Shown: positions 1-9,561 of the stretch, piece after piece | How the letters are laid out: every line of letters begins with the position of its first letter | Numbering within the stretch: the stretch's first letter is position 1 | DNA from: Octopus sinensis | Taxonomy: Eukaryota | NCBI RefSeq assembly: GCF_006345805.1 | Contig: NW_021836460.1 | Span: forward strand, 1 to 24,384 | Direction: 5' to 3' | Length of the DNA: 24,384 nt | Made by a program: the position numbers and the translations under genes | The notes under the pieces: model-generated | Seen by the model: only the letters and a program-made list of their open reading frames with translations | Database searches by the model: none | Told to the model about the DNA's origin: nothing

Positions 1-363
1 ATACTAATACATACACCAACCCTATACATACACACGTCCAGACCCCTCCTACGCACTAATAGGTGGTCATTCAACCCTATTATCAACCCTATTATCTCCC
101 CTTATTTCGCTCTCGCGTCTCATGTTTGATCTTTGACTTCTGCCGAAATCAGATCGCCATGTTGATTCGTTAGTTACTGCACGCATTTTTTTTCTCTCCT
201 TCTTTCTGTGTTTTTTTTCTCTCTGTGTATCTTTCTGTTGAAGAGCGTAGGCTCGAAATGTTAAAGACTTGTTTTATTTATATTCCGAGCGCCATACTAA
301 TACAATTGTTTGTTTGTTTTCCACCTGCCTTCGTCTTTTGTCTATTTTCATAAAGCTTCCCGT
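1..363 (+). mobile_element. Probable 3' terminal segment of a Penelope-like element (pLTR-type end) carrying a hammerhead-like motif
   Basis: Contains CTG.TGAAG-stem-CGAAA-type motif at 230-267, then pyrimidine-rich tail ending at a (TA)n tract at 364; 12-bp tandem duplication TCAACCCTATTA at ~70-93. PLE assignment is inference from the HHR motif. Confidence 0.5.
230..267 (+). ncRNA. Minimal type I hammerhead-like motif, variant core (A6U), probably decayed
   Basis: UCUUU-CUGUUGA-A-GAGC(GUAG)GCUC-GAAA-UG-U-U-AAAGA: stem I 5 bp (230-234/263-267), stem II 4 bp, stem III AUGU (ACGU after reversing one CpG-type change). Confidence 0.55.
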
Positions 364-379
364 TATATATATATATATC

Positions 380-437
<58 letters not shown>

Positions 438-540
438 ACTATGTGTATATATATATATATATTAATATATATATATATATGTGTGTGTGTGTATATATAT
501 AATATATATATGCACACACACACACATATATATATTTATA
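364..540. repeat. (TA)n with (TG)n/(CA)n microsatellite cluster
   Basis: Directly visible; explains YI/CV-repeat ORFs 269..502 and 278..523. Confidence 0.97.
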
Positions 541-930
541 TAGGCGCAAGCATGGCTGTGCGGCTGCAGTTACGAGGCATGAGTCTAACCCCGCTGAGAG
601 TCATTTTGGACGGGTGCTTCTACTGTGGCTTGGAGGACAACCAAAACCTTCTGAGTGGATTTCGTTGACGGAAACTGAAAGAAGCTCATCGTGCATACAT
701 GTGTGTATGCGTTCTTGTGTGTGTGTATGTGTGTGTGCGTGTGTGCGTGCGTGTTTACATTTCCTATAACTTAGCGTTTCGGAAAACGAGAACGATAGAA
801 TAAGTGTCAGACTTAACCAAAACTTAAAAAGTAAGTAGTGAGGTTGCATCATTCTCCCAAAACCTTTCAAGACAGCGTTCCGGTTTGGCTGCAGTCCAAT
901 GACAAAACAAAGTAGAAGATAAAAGGAAAA
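541..930 (+). mobile_element. tRNA-derived SINE, family A (head, central (TG)n, conserved tail), diverged
   Basis: Shares GGCGCA..GGCTGTG head, GAGTGGATT..GACGGAAACTGAAAGAAGC and CGATAGAATAAGT blocks with the better-preserved copy at 23081-23462. Confidence 0.8.
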
Positions 931-1089
931 AGAAATGAAAAGTATATAAGAGATTGACCCAGTATTTCAAGCATCCGGCTACAAGGTGAGGTAGTTGCGG
1001 ATATGCGTCGGTGTATGTGTGTGTGAATGTGTGTGTGTTTGTGTGTAATTGATCGCAGTTGTCAAAGCAGAGATCAGTTGAGGTAATCG

Positions 1090-1225
1090 ATATATATTTA
1101 TATTTAATAGATTGTATAGATGTGAATTGATCCTGGGAGTGCTTCGTCCTTTATCGATCTGGTAGCGATGAAAAGCAAAGATGATTCTCGGGGGATTTAA
1201 ATTCAGAAGTTCGGAACATATGTAG
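1090..1225 (-). mobile_element. SINE family B fragment, decayed
   Basis: TTTATCGATCTGG..GATGAAAAGCAAAG..CTCGGGGGATTTAAATTCAGAA aligns by eye to the 2288-2519 copy. Confidence 0.55.
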
Positions 1226-1256
1226 GGCTGTAACTAGGGATACAATAAAAGAAAGG

Positions 1257-1475
1257 GTGTGTGTGTGGTGTGTGTATGTATATATACATATATATATATA
1301 TATGTGTGTGTGTGTGTTGTGTGTGTGTGTGTGTATGTGTGTGTGTGTGTGTGTGTGTGTAGTGGGGTATATTTTAAAATACACACGATTCAGGTGCGAG
1401 CTAGTATTAGTTTCATGCCTCCGAAAGCACTACGATCGGACAAGCTTGTACAGCGTACAGTGTCTGATTGGGTAT

Positions 1476-1519
<44 letters not shown>

Positions 1520-1526
1520 GTGTGTC
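1257..1526. repeat. (TG)n, (TA)n and (CA)n microsatellites
   Basis: Directly visible at 1257-1361 and 1478-1516. Confidence 0.95.
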
Positions 1527-1534
1527 GGGTACGT

Positions 1535-1705
1535 ATTTGATTTAGACTTTGGACTACAACCATGCTAGAGCAAGGTATTGAAGGGCTTAGTCGAACAAAT
1601 CGATTCCAGTACTTATATATCAAATCTGGACCTTATTCTACCGGGCTCTTTTGTCGGGCCGCTAATTCTTATGGACGTAAAAAAACCACTACTGCTTGTT
1701 AAGGC
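1535..1705 (-). mobile_element. SINE family A tail fragment
   Basis: CCATGCTAGAGC..TTAGTCGAACAAATCGA..TTATTCTACCGG..CTTTTG matches the tail at 11127-11300 and 23081-23260. Confidence 0.75.
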
Positions 1706-1759
1706 GCACACACACAAATATTTATACATATACATACACACAAATATATATACGTATAC

Positions 1760-2085
1760 ACAAGTGACCGAAATGGGGTTCCTGTGAAGGATTTCTGGAG
1801 TAACATTATTCGACAGGGTGCTCACTACAGAGATCAGGGAGACTCTCTAAACCGAGACACTACAAGAGATCACATCGGAAATTCCTAGGACTTCACTCCA
1901 CCCTCCTCCCAGGAATATTGGGGAAAGAAGATGGAAACAGGCAGATAGACAGACAAACAGACAGACAGACAGGCAGGCAGAGCCAACTGGCGGAACACCT
2001 AGGGGTAGACCAAGCATGATATGGTCGGATAATATCTATAGTCTCAGGTGATCATGCTTGGGAATCCAACCGGAAATTATAATGT
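1760..2085 (+). mobile_element. RTE-clade LINE ORF 3' remnant
   Basis: Translates QVTEMGFL*RISGVTLFDRVLTTEIRETL and PTGGTPRGRPSMIWSDNI, matching the RTE C-terminal pattern AEM.FLRRI.G.T..DR...EIR..L...RPRGRP..W.D; similar to 13520-13830. Confidence 0.75.
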
Positions 2086-2091
2086 CAATTA

Positions 2092-2287
2092 CTTCTTATT
2101 TCTTATTTTTTACTGCCTACAAGGGGCCAGACAAAGAGGGGACAAACAAGGACAGACAAACGGATTAAGTCCATTATATCGACCCCAGCGCATAACTGGT
2201 ATTAAATTTAATCGACCCAGAAAGTATGAAAGACAATGTTGACCTCGGCGGAGTTTGAACTCAGAACGTAGCAACAGACGAAATACC
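2092..2287 (-). mobile_element. SINE family B, head-truncated unit in tandem with the next copy
   Basis: Near-duplicate of 2288-2470 (GGACAAACAAGGACAGACAAACGGATTAAGTC..GACCTCGGCGGA.TTTGAACTCAGAA..CAGACGAAATACC). Confidence 0.9.
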
Positions 2288-2519
2288 TATTTCTTTACTA
2301 CCCACAAGGGGCTAAACACAGAGGGGACAAACAAGGACAGACAAACGGATTAAGTCGATTACATCGACCTCAGTGCGTAACTGGTACTTATTTAATCGAT
2401 CCCGAAAGGATGAAAGGTAATGTTGACCTCGGCGGAATTTGAACTCAGAAAGTAACGGCAGACGAAATACCGCTAAGCATTTCACCCGGCGTGCTAACAG
2501 TTCTGCCCGCTCGCCGCCT
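2288..2519 (-). mobile_element. SINE family B, full-length tRNA-derived copy
   Basis: Minus strand: GGCGGCGAGCGGGCAGAAC.GTTAGCACGCCGGGTGAAATGC head, B-box-like GAGTTCAAATTCC, tail GTGGGTAGTAAAGAAATA. Confidence 0.9.
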
Positions 2520-2759
2520 GTAATGTGAGTTAGTTCTGATAGGACCTTATAGAGGAGGTGCCTCAGAAGAGTAGTGGGCAGAGAACTTGGAGGCATGTAA
2601 TTTGGAGATTTTCTTTCTATATGTGGTTTTCTAACACTTTAGTGACACCCTACCAAGCAAGCTACCAAGAATGCTGAGAATCGCCAGGAAGCGAATTCAT
2701 TTCTAGTTAATCCATTCGTTTGTTTTTTAATTTTAAAATCTGCCAAGTTTTACGTGTTA

Positions 2760-2835
2760 AAGTAGTTTGCTCCTCAAGCCCACAGTTTTGCGTTCACTCC
2801 TAGTGTATGATATCTGGAGTAAGTGTTTTCTTTTT
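2760..2835 (+). mobile_element. Very decayed SINE family A head
   Basis: AAGTAGTTTGCTCC..CACAGTTTTGCGTTCACTCC..GAGTAAGTGTTTTCT resembles the family A head. Confidence 0.4.
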
Positions 2836-3639
2836 TTTATTGTAGCATAACTTTGAATAATACGTTGTAGCTTGATCTGGTAAATACATGTGTGCGTGAA
2901 CGTTTACATGTAAAGGTGAGAAGTTGTAAATGGTGAGTTCGTAGTTATCCCTAGTCGACAATTTATCCATTAGATCTGCGCTTTACTGTCTGAGACTTCC
3001 TTACTTCAAAAAGCAATGTTTCAATTATATGTATCTATGTGACTCATGTTGGCATGGAAAAAGCAGACATAAAAGAAAAAAAACGAATACAAATAGCCAT
3101 TAAAACAAAAGGTACGGTGTCTGACCAACTTAAAAGAAGTTGTTAAATGGCAAAGTTTGGTGACACACTTATACACCAATATAATCGTTGTTCCGGGTAT
3201 GCCTTTATGCTGAATCCTATAATGGGCTCCTGATTCTGCAGTTCTGGGTTTTGATAAGTATTGAATGACCCCTTAGCCACTATTGTTCTTAGGTCTTATC
3301 TGACTCGGAGTAGTATCACCTGAAAGGGCTCCAGCTATAGGTTAAATAGCACGTAAGTACTCGAGCTAAGATTGGTTGAAATTATGTAATGCAGCACCGT
3401 GGTAATGAACTATTTTGACAAATAAAATTTCTTGAATCAATGGTAAATATCATTAGATGCTGATCGGATGAACCGACAACAAACTGTCGACGGCCAAGAT
3501 CAACCAGTTCAGTAAGTGAAATACTGATATCATCTGAAGTTGTGGTGTGCACAGATGAGATATTTCAGTCAGGAAAAGACCAATGTGATTAAAACTTAAG
3601 AAAGACATTCATGCTTTATCGTTTGATCAGGACATCTGG

Positions 3640-3975
3640 CGTGGAAGAGTTGCATTAGTCTGGGCAAGTCACCCGACAAGATTAAGTTAGAATGTCACGC
3701 AATTTTCTAAGGATATATGTAACATTGAAATTTTGTTCTCTCTAACGCTACCATGAGCGCTACATAATGTGGAGAAAATAACACCAGCATTGCCCAAACG
3801 ACTGGGTACTCGTGCAATACACCCCCTTATACAATCAATCTGACAACACATAGATGCTATGCGACACATTTGCTTTTCCTCAACAGGACCTACTCTAACT
3901 AACAAATCAAAGAAGAAGATTTCATCCTCTTCAAACGATATCTAGACAAAGTTTTATAAGGGTTACCAGGTTGGA
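3640..3975 (+). mobile_element. Decayed CR1-group LINE ORF2 C-terminal remnant
   Basis: Translates TLKFCSL*RYHERYIMWRK (3722-3778) and DFILFKRYLDKVL*GLP (~3918-3968), resembling CR1-group LKLYSL.RRRERY..W and FK..LD.FL..P motifs. Confidence 0.6.
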
Positions 3976-4579
3976 TACATCTCAGTCAACAACTCCCTAT
4001 TTGAAATGAAATGCTCGTGACACTGAAATATCTGCTGAAGATATGGTTGGGTTTCCAAAAATATAATGGGTCTAATCATAATTAAGAAAAGAGTTAACTG
4101 TATCTTGTGCAAAAAGAGCTTATATAAGGATGCTCTGAACCACCGGGCAGTGTCTGCACAGACGAAACTGCATAATGAGAGGTGTCTATTTACTTCTGAG
4201 ATGTCTGCGTATATTTTCAGACACACTGAAAATACGTTGGCAGATATTCAAGTAAGAGAAACCTTCTTAAAATATTTAAAAATGGTAACAAAAACAGCAA
4301 CAGGTTCATAAAAAATGCATCGAAAAAGCGATAAAACAAATCAATAGATGCAGGATAAATATAATGCCATTTGGTGAGAGTGAATGAGAATGAAAACGAA
4401 TAAGTAATAGCTTCATTCATTGATGTAGAGTAGGGTAGGAACGAACAACAATAGTAACGGTGTTAACAACAACGAAAATAACGATAGATATTCGCTATAT
4501 GCAACAGAAAGAGTATTAGATTAAAATAGCCCTCTGTAAATCATATATAATGACGGGGCTTGTTCTGGTTGTTATTGTG

Positions 4580-4686
4580 TTGTAAATCATGATTTCAAAA
4601 TCGTGATTTCGATTCCTTGACTAGCAAATGTGTGGCCGATCTATTCTTGAGCAAAACACATTTCACGTTGCTTGTCAATTCAGCTG

Positions 4687-4687
<1 letters not shown>
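4580..4687 (+). mobile_element. Decayed SINE head fragment (family D)
   Basis: CTTGAGCAAAACACATTTCACGTTGCT..TCAGCTG followed by (TG)n; loosely similar to the 18790-19020 element. Confidence 0.4.
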
Positions 4688-4732
<45 letters not shown>

Positions 4733-4744
4733 TGTGTGTGTGTG
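4688..4744. repeat. (TG)n microsatellite
   Basis: Directly visible. Confidence 0.97.
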
Positions 4745-5085
4745 ATTTATTTATAAGGATTCCTTAGAAATCAAAGCACATCAACTATGTAAACTACCAC
4801 AAAAAGGTGAGATACAAACACTGATTCCACAGGGAAATCAAAACATCGTATGCTTCAAGTGCTGCCGGGATGTTGTAGGTATGCAAGTACCAACTTCAAT
4901 TTTAAACCATAAGTTCCACTCACTGGTGGATCCTTAGTGTGACATAGATATAAAATAGTCAACACGAAGATAATTTACATTTATGACAGCTGTTTAGGTT
5001 GTTAAAAGATTACGTCATGATGCATAATCCGCCATCAAGTAAGATTTTATGTCAATACAATTTTATACCGCTAAAATTTTATACC

Positions 5086-5550
5086 TATTTCTTTACTACC
5101 CACAAGAAAGGACAAACAAGGATAGACAAACGGATTAAGTCGATTACATCTACCCCAGTGCGTAACTGGTACTAAATTTATCGACACCGAAAGGATGAAA
5201 ACCAAAGTTGACCTCGGCGGAATTTGAACTATAGCCTCGGGCCGACCAAAGCCTTGTAAATGGATTTGCTAGACGGGAGAAACTGAAAGAAGCTTGATGT
5301 ATATGGGTGTATGTGCGTGTGTGTCTATACGTGTGTGCGTGTCCCTATGTGTTTATATAGCACCAGTAATTGATAACCGGTGTTGGTGTGTTTATGTCCT
5401 TTTGATTTAGCTGTTCAACAAAAGAGATAGACAGAATAAGCACCAGGCTCCGAAAAAAAATTATACGAACAAACTGACCCATGTACCTATGCAGACGAAA
5501 TACCGCTACGCATTTCGCCCGGCGTGCTAACGTTTCTGCCATTTCGCCGC
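5086..5550 (-). mobile_element. SINE family B with target-site duplication, split by a family A insert
   Basis: Direct repeat CCGCTAAAATTTTATACC at 5068-5085 and 5547-5564; tail 5086-5230, head 5492-5550. Confidence 0.85.
5231..5491 (+). mobile_element. 5'-truncated SINE family A inserted in opposite orientation inside the family B copy
   Basis: ATAGCCTCGGGCCGACCAAAGCCTTGT..TGGATTTG.TAGACGG..GAAACTGAAAGAAGC, (TG)-rich spacer, AGAATAAG tail block. Confidence 0.8.
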
Positions 5551-7189
5551 TAAAATTTTATACCGGTAAGATTTTAAACAGCCGACTTGAATATAGCCAA
5601 CATTTGTTGGGCTAATATTGCATTTAGGTTCTTCATTCGAATTTATAGATTTAGAAGTTCTGGTTTAAAGCAAGTATTTTACAAACAATGATGGGAAATC
5701 ATAGAAATATACGATGGGTAAATGTAAATTAATTTCTCTTCTAATTTAATTATTGGTTCAATTTAGACACCAAAATTATCCGAAGTTTCTCTAGACAGAA
5801 TGATGCCAAGGAGTGTACTTAAAATGTCATCAAATATGTAGCAGATATACCATCAATTAAAGGACACAAGCAAAAGGATTTCATCAACAGCCAACATCAT
5901 CCATGGACTTTCCACCACCCACTTCATTCCCAAATGTACGCACAATATACACGCACATAGATATAAATATATACACATAGATACATACAAGCATGAACAT
6001 ATGCATGTATATATGTACAGATACGCACTCACAAGCAAATACTTACACATATATGTACATACACATACATATATACGCATGCATAGACATACATTGACAT
6101 GCGCGTACATTCTTACGTTCATGTAGATGCACTCATAATGTATAGAGAGAGAAATACACCCACATAAAACATACATACACACGCACATAAAGGTAGATAC
6201 AGACAATACACACAAGTACAAATACATTCTGTATATATATATATATACACACACACACAAAGAGCGACAGGAAATGAGAAGTCATACACTGGAGATCAAA
6301 TATTTCTCTGGTGGTTTAAAGCACCACACGCAGTGCCGAAAAACGTTGCATTTAAAGGATATATAACTAGGAAGAATGAACGGTATAACGTCTCATGGTT
6401 ACTAATGAACTGAGAAAAGGTAAATGGTAGATGATTTAACGCTAAGCAAATACTGATATATAAGTAAAATTATATATTACTCAAAGTACTTAATAATAAT
6501 CAAATGGTACAGTAATGTGAAAATCTAAATTGCAAAATATAGGTGAAAATAGATGTCTGGAAGAAAGAGTATGATAAAAGTAGTTATAACTTTCCTGGGT
6601 AAGACATTAAATTTTACCCAGTGATGAGACTTCCAGTTAGGGAGTTCTGGAATTGTGTAAAGAGTGGAGTTATTCTTTAATCACCATTATTCCCAGGTTC
6701 GTTCTAACCTGGAACTGTAATACCCCAGGGTACCACTTATGGGTTAAATTAATTTTTGTAAGGGTAGACTGAGCTAAACTGCAACAAAAGTAATCAAACA
6801 TGGAGAAGAAAACCCCAAAACTAATACCGTCTTCCAACATGCCCTAAGCTAGCATGGAAGATATGACTGCTGCAACTAACGTGAGGTATGTCCAATAACA
6901 TAAATTCATACTAGTGAGTCATGATAGTTTGCATTCTTTACTAGGCGGAGATAGCAGGAAATTATGAATATTCAGGTTTCAAGTATAAAAAAGTGTATTT
7001 GATATTGTATGAGCATTTTACCCTAGGTTCATTAGATTTGTTGACAACTTTACAGGAACACTTTAAGATTTTCAATAATTCAGTGCAGCAAACTCTACAC
7101 CCATACCTATCATATGTATAGGGCAAAGCGTGCTTGACTGTGTTCCAGATAATATGGAACTCAACATTTTTACCCTTCAATTTCCCAAT

Positions 7190-8470
7190 TTTTTAACAAA
7201 TTTTAGCTTTGTCCCGTCTCTTAAATGTATGAATATAGATATAAAATCTCTTTTTAAATACATTTTCAGATGAGACAATATAAGTAAATATAGTTATGAT
7301 AGTTCGGGTATCACATCCATAAACAATATTTTTAACGAAGCATAAAATATTAAGTGGGCATATAAGTTTATATCTACAATTACATAACTCTGTATGTGGA
7401 TAGACATTAACGTAATAAGAATCAGAAGTAGGAATATTTATATTAATTCGCTGTGTGCATGCAATCCTAGGAGAACTATAGTTAATGTTGAACTCATTAG
7501 ATCCACTTCCATTATCCAAGATCAAACTACGGTCGTCGAAGTTATTATCACTTCGGTTAGTACTTTTACTCCTGGAATAATTATTAATACAGTTACACGG
7601 ATTGTTAATATTGCTGATATCAGCAATTTGTACTTTCACATCATTTATGTTATTATTAATACAATTGCTATTTACATTAAAATCGCAGCAGGCACTATTG
7701 GCGTGGGACCTACCATTATTCACGTTAATGTTAATAGCACTACAACTGTTGCTGCTACTATGACGGCTGGCACAATTTAGTGTACTTATGTGACAGATTG
7801 TAGCAGCTGACTGACGGACGTTTTTACCACAGCGATTGCAAGTGATCTAACTGTACCGATTGTCGCTATTACTGTTGTAATTGTTATTATCACAATTATT
7901 AATCTTATGGTACCAGTTTTTGCTAATATTACTTTTATTAATACTCGTTATATTATCCCCTAAATTAAGTAAGATCGAACTGGAATTTTTCATTTTTACG
8001 TTTATTAAAGATACGATAACTTTTACTAGATGTAGGGAAATTCTTTCTCAAAACACCAAAATATTTTTTAGCGTGTTGGATATTATCGGACCACGGCGGA
8101 TTATAACACGTTATGTCATTACTGCGTAAATTCCGCCGATCTCGGAGTTTATTGTAGGGTTTTGGAAAGTAAAATTACGGGCATTATTCATGGCTTTATT
8201 TATACCATTCGTATTGATACCGTTATTATTAACATTATTGCTGCTACTGTCATTACCGTTACTATTAATAACATTAATGTAATCAATATTACTAATATTA
8301 ATACAACAATCATTACTTTCATTTATATTCAGCACAGATGCTACAGTTTCACAAGCATTAATTTTACAACTTTTAGTGTCGTTATTAATACTGTTATTGA
8401 TATTATCATTGTTCATATTATTATTACTACTACTACTACTACTACTACTACAACTACATTACTTGTATGC
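7190..8470. repeat. Decayed (ATT/AAT/ACT)n low-complexity region
   Basis: Triplet-phased ATT/ACT/GTT-rich sequence ending in pure (ACT)n at ~8429-8455; gives Ile/Thr-rich and Asn-rich ORFs on opposite strands. Confidence 0.75.
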
Positions 8471-8484
8471 ATATGGCTATAAGA

Positions 8485-8960
8485 GGGTGAAAGCCGATCA
8501 ATGTTTGATGTTGGTGGTTGGTGAAATCCTTTTGCTTGTCCCCTTTAACTAGTGGTAATTCTGCTACGTATTTCATGACTTTTTAATTACACTCTTTGGC
8601 ACCACTCTGTCTATAGAGCCTCAGATTATTTCGGCGTCTATGTTGAACCATGAATTAAATTTAGATTATCCCATTGTATATTTCCTATCCTTGATTGTTA
8701 ATTGCCTGCTAAAGACCATACCTAATTCTTCAATAAATTCAAATGCAGAACTTGAAAGCAACACTAGTCCAACACATGTTGATTATGTCCAGATTGACAT
8801 TTAAATTCTTACCTGTTTGAAATTTTATCTGGTGATGGCGAATTACATATGATATAATGTTTTGCCACTACGTCAAATAAAGTTCAACCGAAACAGCTGT
8901 CGTAAATTTTACACGCAATTCCTGTATACTATTTTTCATGCTTATTAATCTTACAGGCAG
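8485..8960 (+). mobile_element. Old ~500-bp dispersed repeat, copy 2; contains HHR-like motif, probable PLE terminus
   Basis: Inverted paralogue of 4960-5925; uninterrupted at the site where copy 1 has the SINE. Confidence 0.7.
8820..8909 (+). ncRNA. Hammerhead-like motif with palindromic stem III, core mutated (A6G), likely inactive
   Basis: UUUAU-CUGGUGA-U-GG..(long loop)..CC-GAAA-CAGCUG-U-C-GUAAA; stem III ACAGCUGU (8893-8900), GUC triplet. Confidence 0.5.
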
Positions 8961-9089
8961 CGGCTGCAGCTGTCCTAGGGTTCTAATTTTTATTTTAACC
9001 TCACTTCTCAGTACAATATAAATTCAAATATAAGTGCGCGTGTATATGTATATCTCTCTATATGTGCGTGTGTGTTTGCGCGCACATGC

Positions 9090-9325
9090 GCATGTTTGTT
9101 TCTTTGCGTTTGTCCCCTACAACCGCTTTGTAACCAGTGTTGGTTTGTTTACGTGACTGTAAATTACTGGTTCAGTAAAAAGAAATGAAAGGATAAGCCC
9201 CACAATTTTGAAGGATAAAAATATAAGCACATGGATCGATTTGCTCAACTAAACCCTTCCAAGCTGTGCTCCAGCTTGCCCGCAATCTAATAACTGAAAC
9301 TAGTTAAAGATAACAAAGATAAAGC
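9090..9325 (+). mobile_element. SINE family A tail, decayed
   Basis: GTTTGTCCCC..TGTTGGTTTGTTTACGT..GGATCGATTTGCTCAACTAAA..GTGCTCCAGC..ACTGAAAC. Confidence 0.7.
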
Positions 9326-9478
9326 ATACGTGTTTTTTAGTACGCGCGGGATATATTTGTCTATATGCATAGATATATATATATGTATGAGATGAAGGAA
9401 TTTATGTATATACATATATATGTATGCATCTACATGCTATATTTGTAGTTTCTATGTATATTACACACATTCATACCT

Positions 9479-9485
9479 ATATATG

Positions 9486-9560
<75 letters not shown>

Positions 9561-9561
9561 A
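9479..9561. repeat. (TA)n microsatellite abutting the LINE 3' break
   Basis: Directly visible. Confidence 0.97.

Larger units (their letters stand above)
4960..5925 (-). mobile_element. Old ~500-bp dispersed repeat, copy 1 (interrupted by SINEs at 5086-5550); contains decayed HHR, probable PLE terminus
   Basis: Aligns by eye, inverted, to 8485-8960 (e.g. TTAAAGGACACAAGCAAAAGGATTTCATCAAC at ~5866 vs reverse complement of ~8515-8548; GACAGCTGTTTAGGTTG at 4985 vs reverse complement of 8885-8901). Strand given by HHR polarity. Confidence 0.7.

Noticed and set aside
6621-6773. Box C (GTGATGA) and box D (CTGA) suggestive of a C/D snoRNA
   Set aside because: No terminal stem, long spacing, no recognisable guide.
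7193-8482. Long Asn-rich and Ile/Thr-rich ORFs (7193..7723, 7394..7780, 8111..8416, 8162..8482)
   Set aside because: Open on both strands as expected from decayed (ATT/AAT)n; no domain or splice support.
9294-9306. GAAACTAGTT palindrome after GAAA
   Set aside because: Mutated SINE family A tail (GAAACAAGT); no core or stem II.
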